DNA of 64,000 bases from Candidatus Krumholzibacteriota bacterium (GTDB lineage Bacteria; Krumholzibacteriota; Krumholzibacteriia; Krumholzibacteriales; Krumholzibacteriaceae). Shown one piece after another: positions 18,331-28,243 of the stretch. Positions within the stretch are counted from its first letter, which is position 1, and every line of letters begins with the position of its first letter. The notes beneath the pieces were generated by a model. The model was not told the origin of the DNA. It saw only the letters and a list, made by a program, of their open reading frames with translations, and did no database searches. The position numbers were made by a program, and so were the translations under genes. The DNA is taken from NCBI GenBank assembly GCA_016931295.1, contig JAFGEZ010000004.1, positions 34,745 to 98,744 of the forward strand, written 5' to 3'.

Positions 18331-19059
18331 TCATCTGGCCGGCGTGGCGGTTTCCGCCCCGGCGAGGCGCGGGTCGTCGGGGGCGAGCCGGCGGCATCGT
18401 TCGAGCTGGGCCGCCGCCGCCTCGCGGCGGCCGCACCCGCGCAGGATCCTCAGGCAGAGGAATTCGATGTCGGGCTGCACGGACCGGCGACCGGGATCGT
18501 CGAGATCGACGCCGGCGCACGAGAGCCCGCCGCGCAGCGTCTCGAGGGCGCCGGCGAAGTCGCCCGTCTCGCACTCGACGCGCGCGAGTGCGACGCGCGT
18601 GCCGGCGTCCGACGGCTTCAGCTCGATCGCCCGCCGGTATGCGGCGACGCACGCATCGTGCTGTCCGAGGCGCCTGTGGGCGAGCCCCTTTTTGTGCCAC
18701 GGGCAGGCCCACGCCGGTCGCTCGGCGACGAGTCCGTCGTAGAGGACGAGCGCCTCTCGCGCGCGCCCGAGGCGCAGGAGGATGTTGGCGTAACCGAAGC
18801 GGGCGCGCGGGGGCATCGAGGCGGCGGCGCCCTCGAGAAGGGCGAGGTCGCCCGAGAGGGCACGCTGGTGCAACTCGAGCAGCTCGGCGATGGCGGCGGC
18901 GCTGTCGGCCGGGGCGCAGCGATCGAGCCGCGCGTGGCATGCCGCGAAGGCGGCGCGGTCCGGCGCCGTTTCCGAACGCGTCGCCGGCGCGGCGGCGGGC
19001 GCGGCGACGGCGGCGGCTGCTGCGAGCGCCGCGATGACAAAGAGCCTTTTCTCCGACAT
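18331..19059 (-). CDS. TPR-repeat protein with signal peptide
   Basis: About 242 aa from ATG (complement 19059). Signal-like MSEKRLFVIAALAAAAAVAAPAAA. TPR-like helical repeats (ALVLYDGL..., AYRRAIEL...). Confidence 0.55.
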   Translation of the reverse strand: MSEKRLFVIAALAAAAAVAAPAAAPATRSETAPDRAAFAACHARLDRCAPADSAAAIAELLELHQRALSGDLALLEGAAASMPPRARFGYANILLRLGRAREALVLYDGLVAERPAWACPWHKKGLAHRRLGQHDACVAAYRRAIELKPSDAGTRVALARVECETGDFAGALETLRGGLSCAGVDLDDPGRRSVQPDIEFLCLRILRGCGRREAAAAQLERCRRLAPDDPRLAGAETATPAR

Positions 19060-19118
19060 GGTCTTGTTCACACTCCGTTCCGCGGGTTCAGCGGAAACCG
19101 GTCACGCGGACCGGTCGT

Positions 19119-19457
19119 TCATTCGCACGGGTATTCGATCCACGGCACGATCGCGTTGACCGGGCAGCACTCCACGGCCTCGTAGGCATCCTCGCACGGA
19201 TTGACGAGAACGCACGAATTGGAGACGTACCCGCAGGTCGTGGACGAATTGAAGCGGGCCGTGCAGGTGTACTCGTCCTGCATGTAGATGTCCGGCCACG
19301 CGTAGTAGCAGACGCCGCAATCGATGCACTCCTCCTGGAGGATGATCAGGTACGCGCCGCCGGAGGATCTCGCCGGTGCCGGCAACGCCGCGTAGAGTGC
19401 GGCGAGGGCGACGACAGCGATGAAGACGACGGTCGCTCGCTGGATGGCAGCTCTCAT
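19119..19457 (-). CDS. small exported Cys-rich ferredoxin-motif protein (paralog 2)
   Basis: 112 aa. RBS AAAGGAG. Signal/anchor then EECIDCGVC...VECCPVNAI. Confidence 0.5.
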   Translation of the reverse strand: MRAAIQRATVVFIAVVALAALYAALPAPARSSGGAYLIILQEECIDCGVCYYAWPDIYMQDEYTCTARFNSSTTCGYVSNSCVLVNPCEDAYEAVECCPVNAIVPWIEYPCE

Positions 19458-19499
19458 CCGGTCTCCTTTCGTTGCGTCGGAGAAAAGGCAATTGCACTA

Positions 19500-20340
19500 T
19501 CAGTTAGACGTCGAACGCACGCAATTTCCCGGCCCGAACATGTTGATAATACAAAATATCGGCAACGGCGGCGCGGGGTGCAAACAAACGGTTACACTTG
19601 TAAGATATTGGCGACAACCGCCCGGTTCCGTCCAGGGATGGAACGGGTCTCCGCGATCCGGTGTAAACGCGTTGCGGGCGTGGATTCGAAGGAATACGAG
19701 CCTCGCGCGCATCCTCATCGCACCGATAAAGCCCGCCTCGACGACACCCTGCTATTCCATGAAAGGAAGATGATCAATCGCTTTGAATAATGTCAAAGGG
19801 ACATTCATTCGCTGCGTTATCGAGTTTTTCAATCTCTTCCGTATTCGAGGTGCTGTAATAGACACTCCACGTTTTCTCGAACAACGGCATCCCCTCCTCG
19901 ATACAGATGAGGCCGGGCGCCTCGTCAACGCATCGGCCACATCCGGTACAAGCATCCCTGTTTTCAAGCCTGTAAGTCTTTGTCTCCTCTTGCGCAACGA
20001 CGGAGACGACCAGGACTATGGCAATCGACACCAGAAAAACAATTGCCGTTCGCTTTCGCATCGGCGGCTCCTTTGGCGAAGTGTATGTTGGCACGTTAGA
20101 GTATTATATATATTTTATGACGTCAAGCACAATTTATTATATTTATTGCATTAACGGGGCGCAAGCGACGTAAATATCCCTATACTATGTCACATATATA
20201 TTATACCTTATTTGTCTTGATGGGTGTGTGGCGTCTTTGCTAGGTTCCTATAGATGAAGAGGTGTTATATGTGCTGATGACAAGCGCTGGCCGTTTCATC
20301 CATGCCCTTCGGGACCATCCGAAGCAGCCCGTTGGATCCT
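19500..20340. other. low-GC island / AT-rich divergent promoter region
   Basis: Visible drop in GC, including long A/T runs at 20100..20230, against the roughly 68% GC background. Confidence 0.5.
19774..20061 (-). CDS. small exported Cys-rich ferredoxin-motif protein (paralog 3, low-GC)
   Basis: 95 aa from ATG (complement 20061). RBS AAAGGAG. MRKRTAIVFLVSIAIVLVVSVVA anchor then CTGCGRC...NECPFDII. Coding sequence visibly lower GC than its neighbours. Confidence 0.5.
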   Translation of the reverse strand: MRKRTAIVFLVSIAIVLVVSVVAQEETKTYRLENRDACTGCGRCVDEAPGLICIEEGMPLFEKTWSVYYSTSNTEEIEKLDNAANECPFDIIQSD

Positions 20341-20350
20341 CGGGGTTTCT

Positions 20351-23300
20351 GTGCTGAAAATTCTGATACGCTACGAATCGAAACTCGTTCTTCGGAGTCG
20401 CCTGTTTGTCGGCGTTGCGGGGACTCTCCTGTCGGTCGTCGCGGTCGTGCAGTCGATTCGGATTGCGGCGGTCGTCAGAGAGGATTTCGATTATTCGTGG
20501 AAGGCCGGCCGTTTTCTCTGGCTCGCGGCATCCCTTCTGCCGACGGGAATTCCGTTGGAAACGGTCATCATTTCGACAATTACGATGTCGATCGTCTCCG
20601 TCTTTCTTGTCGACGCGGCGATTGGGCGTGATGGGCTGTTCGATACGGAAGCGGCCGCATCGGCGCGAAGCGTGACGAATCCCGAACTGGTCGCGGGAAA
20701 GACCATCGCCGTTCTGCTGGCCTGTGCATCGATCGTTGCGGTCGCCGAACTGCCCGCGATGATCTACAATCTTGCCGATCCCGACATCGCCGTGGATGCC
20801 GCCGCGTACCTGTATCTGCCACTGCTCGTTTTCCTGCCGGCCTTCGTTTTCGCTGCGGGAATCGTTCACTTCCTCCATGCGGCGAATCGCCACCGACAGG
20901 TGTTGCCCCCGGCTCTCGTCGCTCCCGTCGCCGCGCTGGGGCTCCTCGCATTGATTTCACTGGCCGGCATCTTCGATATTTTCGCCGTTTCCTCACCGCT
21001 CGTTCTGTCGCCGCTCGCGGGTGCGGGCGGAATCGGCCGAATCATCGCCCGGCGGGCGGTCGTTTTCTCGGCCGGCATCGCTCTCTGCGGCGCGGCGACA
21101 CACCTGTCGCGTCGTCCCCGGCAGGCCAGAGCGGTATACGTCGCAGTCCGTGGCATCGCTGCACTCGGTGCGGCAGCGGCGGTCGTACTGAGTTTCGCGA
21201 TCGTCTCGTCGGAAGGACGGGGTATACGGATCCGAGAACGGATGAGGAAGACCGGGACGACGTACGGAGTCGGTTCGGCAATCGCCGTGACCGACTGCGA
21301 TCTTATCGTTCGACATGAAGGGCAAAGCATCGACTGCACGGCGAGGATGCGCATCGCGAACGGGGAAAGCAGGGAAGCAGACAGCTATGTTTTCAATCTG
21401 AATCCCGGCCTCGAGATAACAAGCGTCTCGAGTACGAGGGGGGGCTGTCGGCGAAAACGGGAAGCGCATGTTCTCGTCGTCACGCCACCTCGCCCCCTGT
21501 TGCCGGGGTCCGTCGATACCCTGGAGTTCGCTTATCGCGGCCGCATCGACGAGGAGGCGATGTATCAGTACGCCGCGGAAAAAGACAGAGAGGACACGAA
21601 GCGCGAAAATGCGTATACGTTCCTGCGGCATGCGAGACGGTACGCCTTCGTGGAGCCTGGTATGGTCCTTCTCGTACCGGCGGCAGGGTGGTACCCGCGG
21701 GCGGGCGCAGGATTCGATCCGGGGGATCCTTCTCGTCGGCACGTCGACTTTACGCGGTACTCGCTCGACGTGACCGTCGCGGAGAGTCTCGTGCCGTTGT
21801 CGCAGGGCGGGAACCGCGATGCTGGCGGAGGAAGGTGGCTATTCGCCCCGGAAACGCCGCTTGCCGGCATATCGCTCGTTGCCGCGCCGTTCCGGACGCG
21901 ATCCGTCAATGTCGATTCGGTCACGTACCGTTGCCATACCTGCCGCGGTCACGATATCGGAGATCGTATCTTCCCGGCGCTCGGGGATACGATCGGGCCG
22001 GTCGTCCGTGGAATCAGGGAGGATGTGGAACGGAAGTACGGTCTCGTCTACCCGTTCCGGCGGTTCGCTCTCGTCGAGGTTCCCGCAACCTTCTCGTGGA
22101 TCGACGATCCGTTCCTCGTGACCGGAGACGCCGGAACGCAACCGGAGATGGTTTTCGTGCCCGAGAGGAAGGTCGGCCGGTTCGGCGGGCGCCAGTTCTT
22201 CGGTTTGCGCGCGATCTCGACTGGATTGCGTGGCATGAATGACGAGGATCCCACGCCCGAGCGGACACAGGCCGAGGCCTTGCGCGAAGTCGCGAATCCG
22301 CATCTGTCCCATCGGCTCTTTCTCTCGGGCGTACGGCATATCGTCCACCCGGACGTGCCGATCCTGGAAGCGGCTTTCGACGCCTACATCGCCTCCCGGC
22401 CCCTCGGCGGCCTCGTCCGCGTTGCCGGAGACGCGATGCGGGGCGAGGGAAGGGCCCCCGCCCCCGGGAATCTCAGCGCCCTCGAGACGGTGAACATGTC
22501 GCTGACGAAGCAAAGCATCCGATCGTTGGCCGCCGATGCGGCTGTCGATCGTCAGAGTCGAGCCGGAGTTGTGGTGAAAGGAGCATGGCTGTTCCGTTGC
22601 CTGGAGGCGAGTGTTGGCGAGGAAGTCTTCGCCGGACTGCTCGACTCGGCACTGACCGCGACTGCGTTCGAGCGTCTCGACGGCGATGCTCTTCTCGATG
22701 AGATCGGCAGGCTCGCACGCATCGACGCCCAGGATTTTCTGGCCGATTGGTACGTGGATACGGAGTTGCCGGCATACGAGATCGGCCGGATCTCCGTCGC
22801 GAAAGCACTGCGGGGCGATCGCGAGTTGTACAATATCCGGATCTGCGCGGCCAACACGGGAGCCGTCGGTGGGATGATCGAGGTCGAGGTGCTCTCCGGT
22901 GGACGCGACCGTTTCGCTCGACGGTATTGTCTCGACGGCGGAGAGGCGAAGGAATTCGGCATGCTCGTCTCGCGCCGTCCCCGCCGCGTGCTCGTCCATA
23001 CGCTGGTTTCGCGCAACCTTCCCGAGACGATCGCCTGGTTTCCGCGTGACGGGACGGTCGAAGATCCGGAAGAGATCCTCGATGGGAGCCGTTCCGTCAG
23101 CCTGGAGGAAATCACGGGCGAGGAGGCAGGAATCATCGTCGATAACGAGGACGACGGATTCGAGATCAAACGCGCGGAGACCGGCCTGCCCGGTCGGTTG
23201 CTGCCGTGGAGACGCGACGAGGACACCGGGCGCGGATATGTCTGCCTGGCCCGGAACGACTCGCCGCGGCGCTGGACGTTCGTCGTCGACCGGGCCTTTT

Positions 23301-23668
23301 ACGGCGGGATCGTCAGGTCGGCATGCGTCATCCGGGCGGGGCGTGGCGAGCGCGGCGTTTCCTGGAACGCAACCCTCCCGCGTTCAGGACGCTATGACGT
23401 CTACTCGTATCTGCCTCGGATGCGGGCGGGAATCGGGATTTCCGACCCGTTCATGTACGACAAGCCCTACCGGTATCTCCTCGCGCACGGTGAAGGCACG
23501 ACCGAGGTCGAAATCGTGCCGTATCGACGCGACGACGGATGGATACTGCTCGGACGGTACTCCTTTTCCATGGGGCCTGCGCGTGTCGAACTGAGCGACG
23601 AGTCGACGCACGGGCCGATCATCGCCGACGCCGTCAAGTGGGTGCCGGTGGACGATGGGACGCGTTGA
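20351..23668 (+). CDS. ABC-2-type permease fused to large extracytoplasmic M1-aminopeptidase-like (catalytically degenerate) domain, paralog A
   Basis: 1105 aa from GTG 20351. About 290-aa N-terminal polytopic region, then about 800-aa domain. Segment YGLVYPFRRFALVEVPATF resembles the M1 peptidase region preceding GAMEN, but GAMEN and HEXXH are absent. Paralogous to 24874..28206 (shared GWYPRAG and ADAVKWV motifs). Confidence 0.6.
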   Translation: MLKILIRYESKLVLRSRLFVGVAGTLLSVVAVVQSIRIAAVVREDFDYSWKAGRFLWLAASLLPTGIPLETVIISTITMSIVSVFLVDAAIGRDGLFDTEAAASARSVTNPELVAGKTIAVLLACASIVAVAELPAMIYNLADPDIAVDAAAYLYLPLLVFLPAFVFAAGIVHFLHAANRHRQVLPPALVAPVAALGLLALISLAGIFDIFAVSSPLVLSPLAGAGGIGRIIARRAVVFSAGIALCGAATHLSRRPRQARAVYVAVRGIAALGAAAAVVLSFAIVSSEGRGIRIRERMRKTGTTYGVGSAIAVTDCDLIVRHEGQSIDCTARMRIANGESREADSYVFNLNPGLEITSVSSTRGGCRRKREAHVLVVTPPRPLLPGSVDTLEFAYRGRIDEEAMYQYAAEKDREDTKRENAYTFLRHARRYAFVEPGMVLLVPAAGWYPRAGAGFDPGDPSRRHVDFTRYSLDVTVAESLVPLSQGGNRDAGGGRWLFAPETPLAGISLVAAPFRTRSVNVDSVTYRCHTCRGHDIGDRIFPALGDTIGPVVRGIREDVERKYGLVYPFRRFALVEVPATFSWIDDPFLVTGDAGTQPEMVFVPERKVGRFGGRQFFGLRAISTGLRGMNDEDPTPERTQAEALREVANPHLSHRLFLSGVRHIVHPDVPILEAAFDAYIASRPLGGLVRVAGDAMRGEGRAPAPGNLSALETVNMSLTKQSIRSLAADAAVDRQSRAGVVVKGAWLFRCLEASVGEEVFAGLLDSALTATAFERLDGDALLDEIGRLARIDAQDFLADWYVDTELPAYEIGRISVAKALRGDRELYNIRICAANTGAVGGMIEVEVLSGGRDRFARRYCLDGGEAKEFGMLVSRRPRRVLVHTLVSRNLPETIAWFPRDGTVEDPEEILDGSRSVSLEEITGEEAGIIVDNEDDGFEIKRAETGLPGRLLPWRRDEDTGRGYVCLARNDSPRRWTFVVDRAFYGGIVRSACVIRAGRGERGVSWNATLPRSGRYDVYSYLPRMRAGIGISDPFMYDKPYRYLLAHGEGTTEVEIVPYRRDDGWILLGRYSFSMGPARVELSDESTHGPIIADAVKWVPVDDGTR

Positions 23669-23945
23669 CCGGCCTGCCGGCGTTCCGTCGCGGACATCCG
23701 GCCGGTCAGCCCTGGATGGGATCGTATCGATTCGCGGCGACCGATCGGACGGCATCCATCGCCAAGGCGCTTGTGTCCCTGGCCGCCAGGGAGTACAGTC
23801 GGGAAGACGCCGCCACGCGGTTGCCGGGCAACAAACGGGCGCCGGCTCCCGTACCGGTTGACAGGCGGACGTTGGCGCGGCCGGCCCGTGTAACCGGCCA
23901 GATCACCGGTCGACGAGGAGAAGGTCAGGCTCACCGGGAGGGCGT

Positions 23946-24830
23946 ATGGATATCCGTATCAGGGACCTGGAGATGGTCTACAAGGGGGGCACGCGCGCCC
24001 TCGCCGACGTCGACCTCGCGATCTCGAACGGGATGTTCGGGCTCCTCGGGCCGAACGGCGCCGGCAAGACGACTCTCATGCGCATCCTCGTCACCCTGAT
24101 GGAGCCCACCGCGGGCACGGTCGAGGTGGACGGGATGGACCTCGCCCGCAACCGAGGCGCCGTCCGCGCGATGACGGGCTACCTCCCGCAGGACTTCCGT
24201 TTCTTCCCGAAGATCCGCACGTGGGAGTTCCTCGACTACATCGCCGCCCTCGCCGGGTTGCGCGACGGGCGGAAGCGGCGCGAGGCCGTCGACGGGATGC
24301 TCCACCAGGTGGGGCTCTGGGAGGCGCGCGACCGTTTCGCCTCGAAGCTCTCCGGCGGGATGAAGCGGCGCCTCGGCATCGCCCAGGCCCTGATCGGCGA
24401 GCCGCGAATCGTCGTCGTCGACGAGCCGACGACCGGGCTCGATCCCGAGGAGCGCATCCGGTTCCGCAACCTTCTCTCCGGGCTGAGCGGCAAGGATATC
24501 GTCATCGTCCTCTCGACGCACATCGTCGGCGACATCTCGAGCACCTGCCGCGACATGGCTCTCCTCGACAGGGGGCGCGTCGTCTACAACGGCCCCCCCG
24601 ACGGACTCGTCGAGAAGGCGAAGGGGCACGCCTGGCGCGTGACGGCCATCGACAGCGAGCTCGAGGCGCTCAAGGAGCGCTACCCGGTGATCTCGACCGT
24701 CCCGGCCGCGGGGGGCTGGGAGGTCGACATCGTCGCGGAGAATCCTCCCGAGGGGGCGCCCGCCGAGCCGGTCGATCCGGACCTCGAGCACGCGTACGTC
24801 TATTTCATGGAATTCCTGACGCCGCAGTGA
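23946..24830 (+). CDS. ABC transporter ATP-binding protein
   Basis: 294 aa. Walker A GPNGAGKTT, signature LSGGMKRR, Walker B VVVDEPTTGLD. RBS GGGAGGG. Confidence 0.9.
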   Translation: MDIRIRDLEMVYKGGTRALADVDLAISNGMFGLLGPNGAGKTTLMRILVTLMEPTAGTVEVDGMDLARNRGAVRAMTGYLPQDFRFFPKIRTWEFLDYIAALAGLRDGRKRREAVDGMLHQVGLWEARDRFASKLSGGMKRRLGIAQALIGEPRIVVVDEPTTGLDPEERIRFRNLLSGLSGKDIVIVLSTHIVGDISSTCRDMALLDRGRVVYNGPPDGLVEKAKGHAWRVTAIDSELEALKERYPVISTVPAAGGWEVDIVAENPPEGAPAEPVDPDLEHAYVYFMEFLTPQ

Positions 24831-24873
24831 GCCGGGCCGGCTCCGGGGCGGGAACGAAAACGGGAGGCTTCAC

Positions 24874-27800
24874 GTGTATACCCTCCTCACCGTGGCGAAG
24901 GCCGAGATCAGGCTTCTCCTCAGGAGCTGGTTCTTCCGGATCCTCTCCCTCGCCGCCCTCGCGATCCTGGCCTTCATGAGCCTCGGGCTCTTCACCGGGT
25001 TCTGGGGGCAGCCGTGGGTCTTCCGCGGTCTCGGCACCACGATCCCCCTCATCAATATCCTCTACCTCAACGTGGTGCAGGCGATCGTGGCGGTCTTCCT
25101 CTCGGCCGACTTCCTGAAACGCGACCGCAAGCTCGACACCACCGAGGTCGTCTACATGCGGTCGATGCCGAACGTCACCTACGTCGCCGGCAAGACCCTC
25201 GGGATCCTCGTGGTCTTCGCCCTGCTCGATCTCGTCGTCCTCGTCATGTCGGCCGTCTTCAACATCGCCTTCTCCGGCGGGCCCTTCGTGGCCTCCGCGT
25301 ACATCGTCTACCCGCTCCTCGTGGCCCTTCCGACGATCGTCTTCACGCTGGGCTTCTCCTTTCTCCTCATGACGGTCGTCCGGAACCAGCCGGTCACATT
25401 CGTTCTCCTGCTCGGCGTGATCGGGATCTCCCTCTTCTGGCTCGGTCCCAAGCAGCACGGCCTCTTCGACCTGCTCGGCTTGCACCTGCCCCTCGTCAGG
25501 TCGGGGATCGCCGGCTTCGCCGATCCCTTCGGACTCGTCCTGCAGCGGGGCGTCTTCCTGCTGCTCGGCCTCGCCGGGATCGCGGCCACCTCCCTCAGGC
25601 TCCGCCGGCTCTCCCAGTCGCGCGCGGCGACGGTCGCATCGGGCGTCCTCGCGCTTTTCTTCCTCGCCGCGGCGGTCGCCGCCGCCGGGATGCACGACGC
25701 GCGGTTCCGCCGGGCCGCCGCGGCCCGCGAGGCGATGCGCGCCTTGACGGCGGAGCTCGCCGGCGAACCCGCGCCCGCAGTCGAGCGGTGCGATCTCTCC
25801 CTCGTCCACGAGGGGAACCGGATCGACTGCGAGGCGGCGATCCTGCTCGCCAACGACGGCGACCGGCCGATCGAGCGCTATCTCTTCACGCTCAACCCGG
25901 GGCTCGAGGTGCGCGGGGTCGAACGGGGCGGCCGCGAGGCGGCCTTCACGCGCGACCGTCACGTCCTCTCGGTGACGCCGCCGGCGGCCCTGCCGCCAGG
26001 CGCGCGCGACTCCCTCGTCGTCCAATACGGGGGCGCGATCGACGACGGCGCCTGCTATCTCGACACGGGCGAGGAGGGGCGGGAGCCCTGGTTCCGGATC
26101 GCGATGTTCGTCATCGGCGAGCGCCACGCCTGGGTGACCCCCTCCTGGGTGCTGTTGACCCCCGAGGCGGGGTGGTATCCGCGCGCGGGGATGCCGTACG
26201 ATCCGGCGCGGCCCGAGACGAGGATGGCCGGCTTCGCCCGCTACCGCCTCGACGTGACGACGAGGCCCGAACTCCTTTCCGTCTCGCAGGGCGCGAGGGA
26301 AAAGCGCGGGGAGGGGCGCTGGCTCTTCGAGCCGGAACGTCCGCTCGACGGCCTCACCCTCGCGATCGGCCGGTTCGAGGAGCGGGCGATCGAGGTCGAT
26401 TCCCTCCGGTACGCCCTCTGCATCCGGGAGGGGAACGACTGGTTCGACGAGTACATGGACGCCGTCGGCGACACCCTGCCCGAGCTCGTCCGGGAGGTCC
26501 GGGCCGATTACGAGCGGCTCCTCGGCCTCTCCTATCCCGACCGGCGGTACACGATCGTCGAGGTCCCCGTCACCTTCGTCGCCCGCGAGCGGCTCTGGTC
26601 GATGCAGCGCGAGACGATCCAGCCGGAGATCGTTTTGTTGCCCGAGCGGGGCCTCCTCGTGCAGGAGGCGGATTTCAACATGTTCAAGCGGCAGATGGGC
26701 CGCAGGCGCCGCGGACCGGCCGAGGAGCTGACCCCCGCCGAGGAGCAGAGCCGGCAGTTCACGCGGTTCGCCGGGCGGGTGCTCGCCGGGGAGCTGAGCG
26801 AGCGGGGCTTCATGAACGATCTGTACCAGAACAACCGCATCTTCAACGCCTTCCCGATGTACTACACGCACGTCACACACGTCGGCTCCGGGCGGTGGCC
26901 CGTTCTCGACGTGGCGCTCGAATCGTGGATCGCCGGGCGGATCGAGGGGGAGGCGAGCCCGTTCACGAGCTTCTTCGGCGGGTTGAGCAGCGAGGAGGAG
27001 ACCAACCTCGAACTCGCGAAGACGAGCCTCGCTGATCTCGTGGCCGATCCGGAAAAGCGCGCGGCAGCCCCGGACGCCCTTCGGGCGAAGGGGCGCCAGC
27101 TCTTTCTCCTTCTCCAGCGGCACGCCGGCGAGGAGGCCTTCGCCGCCCTCGTCGACGAAGCGATCGAGGCGGGGCGGTTCGGCGGCATCGATGCCGACCT
27201 GCTGTCCGACGAGATGGAAGGCCGCTTCGGCATCGATCTCGCCGCGACGATCGATCGGTGGTACGGGGGGCGCGACCTCCCCGGCTTCATCCTCGCGGGC
27301 GTCCGCTCCTATACCGTCGTCGACGAGAACGACCGGACGCGCTACGAGGTGCGTTTCGTCGTCGGCAACGACGAGCCGGCGGACGGCGCGGTCGTCGTGA
27401 CCTTCACCGCGCGCGGACGGGGGCGGGGCTTCTTCGGCCCGCCGGGAGGCGGCGACGAGGAGAGTGTCGAACGGACGATCTTCCTCGAGGGGGGACAGGC
27501 CCGGGAGGTGGGGTTCGTCCTCGATTTCCAGCCGCGGCGGATGACCGTCAACACCCTCGTCTCGAAGAATCTTCCCGCGGCGATGATCCGCAACTTCGAC
27601 GATTTCGAGGAGGGATCGGGCGGGATCTTCGACGGCGAGCGTGTCCTCGACGCCATGCCGGCGCTCGCCGAGCCCGGCGAGATCGTCGTCGACGACCTCG
27701 ATCCGGGATTCTCGATCACCGGCGAGCGGAGCGCCGGGCTGCTCCGGCGGCTTTTGCGCCGCGGGCGCGGCGAGGAGGAGAACGAGTACGAAGGGATCGG

Positions 27801-28206
27801 CTTCGGCGCGCCGGAGGTCTGGAAGAAGGGGATCAACACCACCTTCTACGGCAGGCACGTCCTCTCCGCCCATTTCGTCCGGGCGGGGGACGGGAGCAAC
27901 CGCGCCTCCTGGACGGGGACGATCGAGAAGAGCGGCGTCCACGGCGTCTGGGCCTGGGTCGGCTCGGTGGAGTCGCCCTTCGGCAGGGGCCGCCGCGCCA
28001 ACCGGACCCAGGCGGGGAGCTACAGCTATCTCGTGCACCACGACGACGGCATCGACGAGGTGTCCCTCGACGCGCAGAAGGCCGAGGAGGGCTGGAATTT
28101 CCTCGGCTCCTGGTACCTCTCGGCCGGCGAGGCCCGCGTCGAGCTGACCGACGAGACGGACGGCGGGCGCGTCTTCGCCGACGCCGTGAAATGGGTGAGG
28201 CAGTGA
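24874..28206 (+). CDS. ABC-2-type permease fused to large extracytoplasmic M1-aminopeptidase-like (degenerate) domain, paralog B
   Basis: 1110 aa from GTG 24874 (RBS GGGAGG). N-terminal 6-7 TM ABC-2-like region. LGLSYPDRRYTIVEVPVTF segment. No HEXXH. Confidence 0.65.
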   Translation: MYTLLTVAKAEIRLLLRSWFFRILSLAALAILAFMSLGLFTGFWGQPWVFRGLGTTIPLINILYLNVVQAIVAVFLSADFLKRDRKLDTTEVVYMRSMPNVTYVAGKTLGILVVFALLDLVVLVMSAVFNIAFSGGPFVASAYIVYPLLVALPTIVFTLGFSFLLMTVVRNQPVTFVLLLGVIGISLFWLGPKQHGLFDLLGLHLPLVRSGIAGFADPFGLVLQRGVFLLLGLAGIAATSLRLRRLSQSRAATVASGVLALFFLAAAVAAAGMHDARFRRAAAAREAMRALTAELAGEPAPAVERCDLSLVHEGNRIDCEAAILLANDGDRPIERYLFTLNPGLEVRGVERGGREAAFTRDRHVLSVTPPAALPPGARDSLVVQYGGAIDDGACYLDTGEEGREPWFRIAMFVIGERHAWVTPSWVLLTPEAGWYPRAGMPYDPARPETRMAGFARYRLDVTTRPELLSVSQGAREKRGEGRWLFEPERPLDGLTLAIGRFEERAIEVDSLRYALCIREGNDWFDEYMDAVGDTLPELVREVRADYERLLGLSYPDRRYTIVEVPVTFVARERLWSMQRETIQPEIVLLPERGLLVQEADFNMFKRQMGRRRRGPAEELTPAEEQSRQFTRFAGRVLAGELSERGFMNDLYQNNRIFNAFPMYYTHVTHVGSGRWPVLDVALESWIAGRIEGEASPFTSFFGGLSSEEETNLELAKTSLADLVADPEKRAAAPDALRAKGRQLFLLLQRHAGEEAFAALVDEAIEAGRFGGIDADLLSDEMEGRFGIDLAATIDRWYGGRDLPGFILAGVRSYTVVDENDRTRYEVRFVVGNDEPADGAVVVTFTARGRGRGFFGPPGGGDEESVERTIFLEGGQAREVGFVLDFQPRRMTVNTLVSKNLPAAMIRNFDDFEEGSGGIFDGERVLDAMPALAEPGEIVVDDLDPGFSITGERSAGLLRRLLRRGRGEEENEYEGIGFGAPEVWKKGINTTFYGRHVLSAHFVRAGDGSNRASWTGTIEKSGVHGVWAWVGSVESPFGRGRRANRTQAGSYSYLVHHDDGIDEVSLDAQKAEEGWNFLGSWYLSAGEARVELTDETDGGRVFADAVKWVRQ

Positions 28207-28243
28207 CGCCCGGCGCCCGCGTCGCCCGGCGGACACGAGACGG

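Noticed and set aside
23858-23900. TTGACA hexamer upstream of the ABC ATPase as a sigma-70 promoter
   Set aside because: No acceptable -10 element at 16-19 nt spacing. Not enough support to call a promoter.
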